DNA of 64,000 bases from Geosiphon pyriformis uo1 (taxonomy: Eukaryota > Fungi > Glomeromycota), in contig JAAOMT010000661.1 of the NCBI GenBank assembly GCA_016748015.1, forward strand, positions 1-64,000, given 5' to 3'. A program made the position numbers and the translations under genes. Below are positions 27,300 through 38,641 of the stretch, piece by piece. The notes beneath the pieces are model-generated. The model searched no databases. It was not told the origin of the DNA and saw only the letters and a program-made list of their open reading frames with translations. Each line of letters begins with the position of its first letter. Position 1 is the stretch's first letter.

Positions 27300-28450
27300 T
27301 TATTTTAATCATACTGTGTTAATCTGATCAATTAGCTCTTTTACACTCCCTTCAAATTGCTTCGACACCATACCAACGTGCTCATATACTTTAATCTTTA
27401 AAAAGCCCATCCTTCTCCGAACCTTGTGAATTCTGATAAGAAGTCGACGATGGAAGATAACCCAGGCCTATACCTGCAATTATCAGTGCTCCATTACCAA
27501 TACTAACAACTCAGGAAAAAGAAACATATCATATCGAAGGATACTTAAAACATATGCATTCAAATGCTTTCTGCTCTTTCCTTTTGACCATTTCATCATT
27601 TTAGGCGTATGTCACGTGAGGATCTCTCCGACCAATTTCCCGTTTTCAAGTTTTCAGTCTAAAACACTTGAACTAGTCGACTCCTCAAAGAGATTCAGTT
27701 AAACATCTACACCGCTGACGACCTCACTCTCGTCATCCTCCGATGATTCGCCTGTTACATCTTCGCGTTCAGAATCGCTACCAGAGCTGAAAGGGAATAA
27801 CTGCAACGGTTTGACACTCTGTGTCATACAAAATTACAAGTTAATGGTTAGGTCCCCCTCTTTTTTTAGATTTGTGAACATACATACCTGTTCCCTAAGA
27901 TCGGAAATGCTCTTATATTTTCTTTTCGGACTCGGTGAGGGCGGAGGATGGGCAGTGGGTCTTTCGGATGAGATATTTCCATAAGAGCCGATCTAGAATG
28001 TACATCTATTAAACAAAGTGATAGTGAGCTTGTCATAAAATCAGAATCCAAGATTACCTTCTTTATCAAGAGGCCTTACCTGATCAGTAGAGAAAGGAGC
28101 AGAAGTATGTTCTTCTGTGGCATCCGCATCTTCCCGGGTGCGTTTCTATCGACAATTAATTAATTCAATGTTCTCGTCACAAATAGACTCTCGCTGCAAC
28201 ACTGCAGTAAAATTATAGCGTGTTTAACCTTGTATTTTCCAAGAAATTTTTGCTTTCTCAACTTTCTTGCTTTCAGATGAAGTATCCATGATAACGCGCA
28301 GACTTTTTATAAAGTAGTCAGTGGCCTTGTCGTAAAAAAGCCTTCTGGGATCGTCCTTGTAAAGATTGATCCAGTGCCGGTGAAATCGGCCTCATTCCAG
28401 TCTTCAAAGTCAGCTGTGTCGAAGTAGAGGTACTGGTGATCGCTAGACAT
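27300..28450 (-). pseudogene. Multi-exon pseudogene of an unidentified family (GC-richer island)
   Basis: MSSDHQYLYFDTADFEDWNEADF / HRHWINLYKDDPRRLFYDKATDYFIKSLRVIM needs frameshifts to read. Donors gtaagg and gtatgt; acidic exon SDSEREDVTGESSEDDESEVV; then VLD*KLENGKLVGEIL with stops. Confidence 0.55.
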
Positions 28451-29409
28451 GTTTCTATAACGTAGGCGGAGAGATAGAGTGAGCAACAATAACTTGGTGA
28501 TCTTTGCTTAATTATCTGTGGAGGTTAACAAATTTCATGTTGACGCGAATTTTTTCTATATGTTGTGACCACTGATCTGATTGGCCGATGTAAGTGACGC
28601 CAGAAATCAGTGATTGGCAAACACGAGAGATATGTGACATTCATCATTATTTTCAATTATCATATCAAGTCTTGGATTTTTGAAATTTATTTCCTAAAAA
28701 TCAAAAGGATATTATTCCATTCTTTTACTTACTAATAAACATCAATTTGGGAAATATTATGGCCGAGCCCATTATTTTTCTCCTTTTCTTTTTTGAATTC
28801 ACATTAAAGTCCTGGAAAAATAACTAATATTAAAACGAAAAACCTTTTAATCATGAAAACCGAACTTTTCCTATATCCATCATTTAATAAAATGATAAGC
28901 GTTCAATGGAACACTTTTCTTAAAAAGTAATCATTTTTAAGCCTATGATGATGCTTAGAAAATAAAATTAATGACAATATTTGGAAGGCTTCCAAATTAT
29001 TATTTTTCTTCTATACCGGAAATTTTTGATTGTATTACGGAATATGTTGTAAATGAAATAGCCTTTTTTGTGACACTTTCTTCAAAATTAAAGAAAATCT
29101 TTTTTGCACCTTCTAGCCACTTAGTATGTGCGTTTATGGTGATACGATGCTCAATGAGATCACTGAAGTTGATGAAACAGTTTGAAATGCTGATTTTTGA
29201 TTGGTTCCCGCCACTTTAGAATAAATCTGTCGAAGACCATCGAAGTTGGTGCATAACTAATCAAAAAGTATAAGAATCAACCAAAAAAACCCCAAGAGCA
29301 TTTGATCTGGCCAAAAAAAAATTTGAGATTCAGGAAACCTTAAATTTCTTAAAAAGTCATATCATTACAAAAAGTCTACTTTTAAAAATTTATTCTTTGA
29401 AAATTCAGA

Positions 29410-30012
29410 ATGGAACAGATATATCATACCCTTCCCGCTACCAACTATACCCAATTGGATAACGATGGCATATCAAGCTTACTAACAATAAAAATCCCTT
29501 ACCCACCAAATTTTAATGCACGACACGTCCTAAAAAACATTCAAAGAAACCCCAAACCACGAACGCGAACACCAAATGCCTACATGATATATCGAATGGG
29601 TTTTAATCAAGAAATTAGAAAGAAAAATATACTTATAACTATGCACCAATTATCTAGAATTTCTGGAAATCATTGGAAATTAGAACCACCTCAGATTAAG
29701 AAACATTATAAACAAATGGCTAAAGATGTAAAGGAATTATTTACTCGAGAATGTACTTTGCCAAATGATATTAGGCCAAATGGCCTGACTTTTTTTAGTA
29801 ATGTGAAACCCACAAAGAAAACTTTTGATGGTTTTAAACAGGATACTCAATCATCTGATTTGTCATTTGATTTTCAATTGTATGCCAAAAATGATTCTCA
29901 GACGAATAATCTTCAAACAGACAGTTTGCCAATAATGTCAGGATCTGGTTTTGGAAATTTGGAAGCAATTTCGTCAAAAAGTGCTATCAGGCAAAATACT
30001 TTTAAAGATTAG
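29410..30012 (+). CDS. MATA-type HMG-box transcription factor (200 aa, intronless)
   Basis: KIPYPP...RTPNAYMIYRMGFNQEI...QLSRISGNHWKLEPPQIKKHYKQMA is the canonical Glomeromycotina MATA_HMG signature. Confidence 0.93.
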   Translation: MEQIYHTLPATNYTQLDNDGISSLLTIKIPYPPNFNARHVLKNIQRNPKPRTRTPNAYMIYRMGFNQEIRKKNILITMHQLSRISGNHWKLEPPQIKKHYKQMAKDVKELFTRECTLPNDIRPNGLTFFSNVKPTKKTFDGFKQDTQSSDLSFDFQLYAKNDSQTNNLQTDSLPIMSGSGFGNLEAISSKSAIRQNTFKD

Positions 30013-31879
30013 ATCTTGGATAAGACAGATTAATAAATCATTTTGAAAAATTTTCCTTTGATGAATTGCAAAATGATTAAAATTTAATAATCCGGAAACA
30101 ATAATATCCGTCAAATAATTATTTATTTTAAAACCTGTTTCTTTTGAAATTAGAATTTTACTTTCAAAGTTCATTTTTTATTAATATTTTACGCCGAATG
30201 TGGATTTTAAAAAATCTCAGTTTTTAAGGATCTTGTAAAAATAGTTGATTAATTTTAAACGGTTAAAACTTCTCGTGAATTTTTAATCTTTAATCTAAAA
30301 TTAGCAAGTGAAAATTTTCTGTTTTTCCCTTTATAAAACAATTAATTAATATTAGTTTCAGCATTAGAAACTACTTCTCTATTTATCACTAGAACACGTT
30401 TCAAAGTGAACATTTCATTCTTATAAAACTTTGCTTAACGTTTTCAACGATAATTTATTCTAATTTTTTACAAAAAACAAAAAATTTCTAAAATAATTTA
30501 TTAATTCTCAAGAAAACCAATATTTTCATTTTATAATAGAACTAAACCATTGAGTTTTTTATAATTGACTTGCTGCTTATTTAATCTATATAAACAAGAT
30601 GTTTTTATTGAAAATAATACTGTATTTCTTAAAACAGAATATATTATAACATGGATTAAATCAATTTATATGATGCAAATAAATTTATTTTAAATATTAA
30701 ATAATAAACATTAAAATTTTAATCAGATAAATATTTTAATAAACTTTTTTTTATCATTTTATTTTCATTTATTATTTTATTCAATAAATATTTTTAAATT
30801 CAAATAAAAAAATAAGGTGTCATTTTTTGGCCGTTCCTTTTGGTCTAGGTACTATTTCTGCTTGTTGGTGTAGCTCGAGTGCTATGATAATGCTTGGGTG
30901 TTATGTAAATAGATAGTTGGACCACATTTTAATAAAGAATAAAAAAATAATTTAGAATTTTGATAATGTAGCAAATCAATATTTTACTGTTAGATTTTAT
31001 TAATTTGGTTTAAAAAAGCAATTTTTAAACACAGATTAATCTGTTTATTAGATTATCACATTAAGTATTATATTAACACCAGTGTTCTCTGTAACAGTTT
31101 GATTAGAAAAAGTTTTCAAAATATGTGATGAAAAGCATTAAGATATTTCACCATCTGTTTTAATAATAAACTTAAACTTCTTCAATTAGAAACATCCTTA
31201 ATAATCATCAAAAAGCTGTAATAGGTAATTTTTGGAATTTCATAATAATTGCTCTTTCTGAAATAAAAAAATGATTAATCTGAAAGTGTTCTAAAATTTT
31301 CCCAATAACAACAACTTTATCAATTATAATAGGCAACGACAATCAGGGAAGAAGAATAATGCTAATTTATTTATTTCAAGCAACAGAACACAACAAAGCC
31401 ATTTTTGGTTCATTTTTAACTTCAGAAATGAACCCATGTCTCAAGAGCCTTTCAATAAATTTCTTCGATTGGAAATTCTTAGGAGGTAATTTTCAAAAAA
31501 GCCTATTGTTTATTGATTTAGATAAAATGTTGAAAAGGGATTGTATTTTTATCATGTGCCCATTTGTGTTCCTGCCAGTTACACCAAGCATGTTACCATT
31601 TTAGTATAAGCAATATACAGTGTAATTCGTTTTAGGTTACATGTAAATCAATTAATACAACTCTAATATGATTTCAATTAGATGTGTTAGCCCGAACTAA
31701 TTATATAAGGATCCTGTAAACGAGATTGTGTACAATAAAGTGAAAAAAAAGTAAGATTCTTTAAGCAGCATCAAATTGAGTAAAGAAAAAGTTGGAAACC
31801 AGAATTATTACTGATATCTTTGGTCTTTCATTTTATCCAAAAAGATAACATCTATTGTTCTCATAGGACTATAAACTGT

Positions 31880-33330
31880 TTCTCAAATTTCTGGCGTCGG
31901 CAGTAATTCTGGTAGAAGAAATGATTTCTTGTCATCCTGGTTTCCCGTATCGAAAATTTTTGAGAAAAATGTGTTCTGTCGATGTGAATCTATTCAACTG
32001 ACTATAAATATCATATTAAGCATAAGGAACCAGTTAATCTGACACTTTCTTGCATCAAATAAGTATGATGCTATAAATAACAGAATCCCAAGGATATCTC
32101 TTGCACTTTGGATCAGGTATCCAAATTTGTGCAGGGGGAATTAAGTTGTTTGATACCCAAAAACTTTTGGGGATATAAAGAGAATGAGACCACTATATTC
32201 AAAGCAATTATTTAGGATTATTCCCCAATTGATTTCAATTTTTCTCGATTATTGATTGTCAAACCAGAATTTTCAGATAATTCATCTCTTGGAAGATATG
32301 AATTGACTTCAATGTATGAAGTTCTTGACTCTTTTTAAAGTTACTATTAAGCAAAAATTATTAATAATTTTTTAATATTTAGGTAAATAGCTGCCAGTCC
32401 GTGATATGTTTAACTGCAAAGTGATTACATCAAAATTTTTCAAATGGGTTTCCCAAGGACTCTTAATTACATTAATTCTGGTTGGGTTTGTCATCAACGT
32501 TAGCTGAGCTCGTTTCTATAGTGCTGGCCTTGAAATGCGTGCCTGTGAATAGAATTTACGACGTATTTACGAATAGCAGTACTGTTATTAATATGTGTAA
32601 GTCGGAACTGGAAACCGAAGGCCCGATTTTAGGAATAGATGCCGGGTGGAAAGGCACAGAATTGCGAACACCATTGAAAATAAGAGGTTAAGGGCCATTC
32701 TGGAATTGTAGGTAATGACGCCACACTGTCCAATTATTGGGTTCCAATAAAGATATCGTAAAAATATTTGCGTGGCAACTTTGTGCGACACATTTATAAT
32801 GCAGAGAATTTGAGCATCTCGACTGCACCTCAAAGATTGCGGAACAGAAAAAATGTAATGACAAAGGATACCTGAACACAGCATGCCTCAAGTGTGGAGA
32901 AGTGGAATCTTCTGACCACATTTTTGAGGTGCAGCATATTTGTAAATTAAGATCGACATTGCTCGCATCTGCGGAAAGAGTGTTGCAGATTTGATGTCAC
33001 ATGACAAAATGTGTGATTCACTATCTGTTAAATGATTTTGGCGAAGGGTTTCGTATTGCAAAATTAGTTCCGCGAGGCTTCGAGTATGATAAATTGGTGA
33101 CTGTTAAAATTGTGGAGTTCATTTGTTCAATTTTGATTGCTCACAGGGACAGGATTTGGATACCTAATCTTAGAGCGGATTATGAGAAGGCTGGTTTATT
33201 TATGAAGTGGATTAAGAATTTATGGATCGCAGATTGCTGGTCTCTAATATGAGGGTCTTTTTTATTGAAGTTATTTTGGTTTGTGTAGTAAGCCTGGGTT
33301 TTTTTCACATATCTCTACTTTGTTTAAAAG
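31880..33330 (+). mobile_element. 3' remnant of a non-LTR retrotransposon (LINE) with RNase H and C-terminal zinc finger
   Basis: GLSSTLAELVSIVLALKCVP...VFTNS (RNase H), RPDFRNRC, and KGYLNTACLKCGEVESSDHIF (CxxC...H). Many frameshifts; left boundary approximate. Confidence 0.85.
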
Positions 33331-33398
33331 TATCATGATGATTGGTCACATGGCCGGAGATGTATATACTTGTGCATAGCATTGCCTTGACTTGGCTC

Positions 33399-33420
33399 GG
33401 GTGGCTAGTCACGTGCAGAA
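33399..33420 (+). repeat. Second copy of the GGGTGGCTAGTCAC terminus
   Basis: gggtggctagtcacgtgcaga; first 14 nt identical to 5016-5029. Confidence 0.7.
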
Positions 33421-33980
33421 AGAGTATCATAGAACATGCAAGTTTATACCTGTAGATATATATATATGTTTTTATTTGAAAAACTTGTTTAAAATTTTCA
33501 AAAAACAGTTAATATTAAATTTAATGTATAGTTTTACATTAAAAACTGGTTGTATTTTTTGACACAGATTTAGCCAATTATATATATATGTATATATTTT
33601 AAGAATATTGCAACAACTTCTTAATTTAAGATATAACAAGAAAATGATTTCTTAAAAAATCTGAATTTGATAAATTTTTTTAAATATATCATTATAACTA
33701 AAGGCATTAAAATAAACCCAAGAAAAATTGTCGATTAGTAACCAATTATTTTGGTTCTCTTGAACACTGCTGTTTATTAAAATGCATGTATTTCAAAGAT
33801 CTTGTTAAATTCTTTCTCTACATATAGACTTGTAGGTAGGAGAAAAGACTCTAAATCATTCAAAATAAGACACTAAATCGGATTTCAAAGGAAAATGCTT
33901 GAAGTAAGAACTTTCTTGATGAAAGATATCGTTTTTCTGAATATTAATTTGGGTGGATTATTGAACTGAGCTATTTCAAG

Positions 33981-34325
33981 TCATTCTTCAGTTGTCACTT
34001 GCCTGGTTACAGATACCTGGGACAGTTCCAGATTCCTCTGAGTGAAGACAGCTTTTGCCTCATCAGCCAACATTTGATATGCTTTTTTTCTGTTTCTTGG
34101 CTCCTGTGACCATGCAGCTGAAGCCATACGATAAACGAGACTTCCTTCTTGAGTCAAATGATGAACCTGTAAAATGTGTCGAAACGCAGTCAGGTAAGCG
34201 TTCCATGCGTTGATCGCTCTCATTTGCCTGTTTTCTCTTTGAGCGAGAGATATAATCAATTCATTTGGCCCAATAGGCGGAGGAAACGGCGGACGAATAT
34301 TCGAAATATACGGGTCGTTTTCCAT
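33981..34325 (-). CDS. HMG-box protein (MATA_HMG-like, ~114 aa from ATG 34325; 3' end may be spliced)
   Basis: IRPPFPPPI...RAINAWNAYLTAF...MASAAWSQEPRNRKKAYQMLADEAK. Confidence 0.85.
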   Translation of the reverse strand: MENDPYISNIRPPFPPPIGPNELIISLAQRENRQMRAINAWNAYLTAFRHILQVHHLTQEGSLVYRMASAAWSQEPRNRKKAYQMLADEAKAVFTQRNLELSQVSVTRQVTTEE

Positions 34326-34525
34326 AAATTGCTCACAGTTGAACAGTTTAATCAATTAGATTGCAATATTTGCGAATAGTTACACGAATGTGTCACGTGA
34401 ATATATGCTAAGTAATATCTAAAGCACATAATATATTTAAGAAGTGTGAAAGATAAGCCAAGTATATAGCAAAGGTTCTAAATATATAAGAAATTGAGTG
34501 AAGAAAAAACCTGTTTGAAAATTTT

Positions 34526-34845
34526 ATCATTGTACAACTCTAAAACTCAACTCTCCGTGTCAAATGCGAATTTGACCTGACATGCGTTTAATTCAAAGAA
34601 TTCCGAGTTTTGAGTCCGATTTCAATTTCTTAAGATAGTAGTTGCTTATTTTATTTTTGACGCAGAAGTAATCTAAAGACAGGGCTATTATGCAATCTAC
34701 GTACAGACAAAACCCCACTGAGAATCTTAAACAACCTATTGGATTAAAAGACATAAATGAGCAACATATTACTCTAAACAGCAATTGTTGGGAATTTCCA
34801 AAATTAGATGGTTACACCTTTTTGAGTTTTAGAGTTCAACATGAT
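34526..34845. mobile_element. Putative MITE bounded by ~25-bp inverted repeats
   Basis: Perfect 15-bp core aactctaaaactcaa (34536-34550) / ttgagttttagagtt (34822-34836), extended by atcat/atgat. Confidence 0.55.
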
Positions 34846-35619
34846 GCTATAAAGCACATGGAATCTGACAAATAGATTTTACTACTATTTCTACTACCAC
34901 TTGCAAATGACTCTTCGTCATCGCCTCAGGTTAAATGAAATGAGAAATATGAAGTTCAAAAGTCTATGGAATCCTCCAGTTTAAGCAGGTCGATTCAAAT
35001 ATAAAAACTCACAAAGTTATTCGCATTTTATATTTACTTATAAATCAACATAAATTCCTCAATAAAAGGCTAAACCAATGTATCTGTGCAATGACTCTTC
35101 ACCTTTTTTCTTAATTTAGATTTTCTCAATTAGAATTTTCTATATTGTTTCAAATTTTATCATTATCTAGAACATTCTACCTCTTTTCTGAATAAAATTA
35201 TTGTATGAAATGCAAATCGAAATAATCTAATAAAAATGAACCATTAATCAATTGCCATGATTTCTGCATTTATATAATCACTCACTGGTATTACTAATGC
35301 ACAAATATAGCTTGAGAAGAATGAGGAGTATTTATTTGATGGCACTTGATTTTCTTGGTTAAATTTATAAATTTTTAAATGTAAAGATTGTATAAATTAC
35401 ATTCTAAATAGTATTTTTATAATTTAATATATCTAAACTTTTTTCTATTAGTTCAGATATTTATATCTTCGAAATAAGACTTCTTATCAGGATAAAAAGT
35501 TATAAATAAGAGCTCATTAAGTATAAAGTTAACGGTAGACAATTCAAGTTGCAAAATTTATTATCGTGAAAAATATTTTCAAGGCTTTGCTAAATGTATC
35601 TGAAAAAGACATTAAAAGT

Positions 35620-36108
35620 ATGGCTTTACATCTTCATATTACTAAAGCTACCTTCCCCAATGGATTAAGTATTGAAGTTCCAGTGCCCACACTAGCAAAA
35701 AAGAAACGGTTATTTCAAGAAGACCAAAAACCTCAGAATTTGTTAACTTCCCAAAATCTGTATAACACCAGTCCATACTATTTATTCCTATTGGCCTTAA
35801 AACATCAAGTTAATAGTGATTATACAATTTTACCCAAGATTCATCTGTCTGAAATTAGCATAGTTGCTCTGGTGACATGGAGAGATGCCAAAGAAGATTA
35901 TAGATGGGCTTTTGAACAGAGAGCAAAATGCAAAATTCAATCGTTGGGAGAGTACATTCGTAAAATTATTTCGATACTCAAAGCTTCGCACCTTTTCTCT
36001 ATATCAGTGGAAAGAAATAGTGGAAAAAACTTTTGTAAATCAAAGCCTAAATTATTTAAAAAGCAGTTGAAACAAGCGATTAATTGGCGGAGCAAATTCC
36101 TCAAGTAA
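35620..36108 (+). CDS. Divergent HMG-box-like protein, PVPTL subfamily
   Basis: TKATFPNGLSIEVPVPTL...NTSPYYLFLLALKHQV...EISIVALVTWRDAKEDYRWAFEQRA; clear paralog of 38234-38641. Confidence 0.7.
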   Translation: MALHLHITKATFPNGLSIEVPVPTLAKKKRLFQEDQKPQNLLTSQNLYNTSPYYLFLLALKHQVNSDYTILPKIHLSEISIVALVTWRDAKEDYRWAFEQRAKCKIQSLGEYIRKIISILKASHLFSISVERNSGKNFCKSKPKLFKKQLKQAINWRSKFLK

Positions 36109-36949
36109 AGAAAACATATATTCATATCACTTTTCAGAAAAGCCTAAAATCAAGACAAATTTAGTCAATATTAAACTTTCTTTCTCTAAATATATATAAT
36201 TATTAATTTCTTGTTATTCAAGCAAAACTCAATTAGAAATTTCTGCATTTATTGAACATTTATTTTTCATATTTAAATATTAATATAAAAGTTTTGAATA
36301 AAAAGTTACATCTATAAATTAATTGATAACTGTCTGAAAATGAAATGGTGATCTCATAAATTAAAAAAATTGCATTGGAACTTTTCAGTAAGGTGATGTG
36401 ACACGCGTTACGTATGAAGTATTATAATGTTAAACAATGAACTTTATATCCATTTTAAATGTATTTAATAGGAAAACTTTTCTCCGAAATTGAATAAATT
36501 TATTAAATAAAGAAAAAAGGAAAGAATATATTGTAGCTTTGAAATTTCAGGAGCTTTTTAATGTTTGGAGAACTTTTAAATTTTTAGTTTTATCATTTGC
36601 TTTGTTTCATTTGTTGAAAATATTTGGTTTAACCATTTGAATCTCTTGAAAAAGATTTTTTTTATTTTATAAATAGAATCAACTATCGTGTAAAGAATAA
36701 ATGAAATGATTTTCACGAGTTCAACTTATGTAATCTTTTCCTCATTTTCATGGCTTCAATAAAAATACAATAGAGTCAGAAATGGCGTTTTTAAGTAGAA
36801 AATGTTTTTGTCTATCATAAACAAATTCGATAAATGAGACGAGACAAAGAAAATATCAATTGCAGTACCGAGGCTTTTCATTTGTTAAGACAAATACAAA
36901 ACTTTTCATTTATTATAGATTGTAACTGAGAGAATAGAGAAAATCATGA

Positions 36950-37230
36950 TAATATGAATACGCAGGGAGATTTTACTAATTAATTTAAAAAGAAATGAAA
37001 TTTTGGCTGACGACAATGTGTTATTAGAAGCAATGGCCAGATATTCATGGAAACTCGCATTTAAATACTTGAAATGAGAATCATCAAAACTAAAAGAATC
37101 TTCAATCATTTAAAAGTCTTTTCTTCGGTTAGTTTTTGGATCTCAAATTAAATACTCACTTGAATAATTACCACGCTGTTCTATTAAACTTGGTTTTCGA
37201 ATGTATTATAACTCTGAAAGATATAATAGC
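36950..37230 (-). pseudogene. Possible decayed paralog of the 38234-38641 HMG-like gene
   Basis: NSVVIIQVSI*FEIQKLTEE resembles NGTVIQIPVPTLSELQKILEE; HEYLAIASN resembles HEISMVASK. Confidence 0.3.
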
Positions 37231-38233
37231 TGACTGATATTTAACCTTTCACGTTAGAGATTTTCCACGTCTGCATAATATTTGTGGCAAAAGAGAGGGA
37301 TTTCATAACTCTGTGTAATATAAATTGCCAATTTTTGAGGCAATCCTAAAAATTCGCATAAAGTATAACTTTAATTTTTGAACTACAATATTTAACAATT
37401 ATTAATGTTGTTCAAGTGACTCCTGAGGCTTGGAGCTTTTTCAAAATATAATTATGTGGTCATGTTGCTCTTATTATTAGAAAGAATTATAATAAAACCA
37501 ATGCTGCAAATTTGAAAAAATATGAAATATAGTTTTAGATAAGAAGTTTGCAATGGTTTAAGTTAAATTGAAAAAATATATATTCACTAATTTTATTTAG
37601 AATGGACAAAAAAATTCAATTTTGTTTTAAAGATTTCAAAAATTTTGGTAATTAGCCAGCATAATTATTCAAAACTAATGAAACTCTTAAAGCTTTAAAA
37701 TAGAATATTGCTAATGTATTTAAATTAAAAGAAATGTTCAAGTTTGAGGTGTATGAAAGTTTTTGCTATCTCTAAATTTAAATTAACATATTTTCAAAGG
37801 ATAGGAACAAAGTTCTTTGCTTTGTAAACAACTTTTGAAATATTTTTCACAAAAATATTTTCTATTTAAGAAACTTGAATTTCTAAAAAATCTTGGATAT
37901 CTTATTTTATTTAAAAAACTAAAAATTTTTAATTAGTAAAAATATTTTGCTAAATTTTAGGAATCAAATTAAAAAAATTACTAACACCACATATTTACAG
38001 TAATTTAGAAACACATAATTTTTGTACTTACTTTAGAATTAAGAAAGAATTATTACTTTACTTTAAAAGAAGATGGGGAATTTCGATATTTAGATATATA
38101 TGTTTGACCCGCTTTATCATATATATTATTAAAACCAAGACAAAAATCAATTAGGAAAATACTTTGAATTGAAAAAATTGCTTATTTCATGGTAAAAGTA
38201 GAAGTGTTGGAAAGAATTTTATATGGAAGGCTT

Positions 38234-38641
38234 TTAGATATCACGCGCTAATATGTAGAATTGAAAACGATACTCCTCCACCGCCTCGCTCCAACTTTTT
38301 GAAGCAACCATCGAAATTTCGTGATTCATCTTAGTTCTGCAAGGTACATTAGCCTCATCCACTATTTTTTTAAGGGTGAGCCTGAAAAGATTAAAAGAGT
38401 TCGTTTCGAAATTGGTAGAAGGTAAAGAAATGCAATCTTTTTGAGATTCTTCGAGAATTTTTTGAAGTTCTGATAGAGTTGGCACTGGAATCTGAATAAC
38501 TGTTCCATTAGATAATACAGCCTGAGTAAACAGAGATGTGCTTTGGGGATGTATTTCTTGATTCATGAGTAATGGAGTGGTTTCATCAGCGACTGTGATG
38601 ATTGTATTTGACAATTTTTGAAACCATTTACAAAAACACAT
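38234..38641 (-). CDS. Divergent HMG-box-like protein, PVPTL subfamily (ATG 38641)
   Basis: TQAVLSNGTVIQIPVPTL...TNSFNLFRLTLKKIV...EISMVASKSWSEAVEEYRFQFYILA. Confidence 0.78.
   Translation of the reverse strand: MCFCKWFQKLSNTIITVADETTPLLMNQEIHPQSTSLFTQAVLSNGTVIQIPVPTLSELQKILEESQKDCISLPSTNFETNSFNLFRLTLKKIVDEANVPCRTKMNHEISMVASKSWSEAVEEYRFQFYILARDI

Noticed and set aside
29410-38641. HMG cluster as a bona fide mating-type locus
   Set aside because: No triose-phosphate transporter or RNA helicase flanks (Mucorales sex locus) and no HD1/HD2 homeodomain pair were seen; HMG genes are very numerous in this group.
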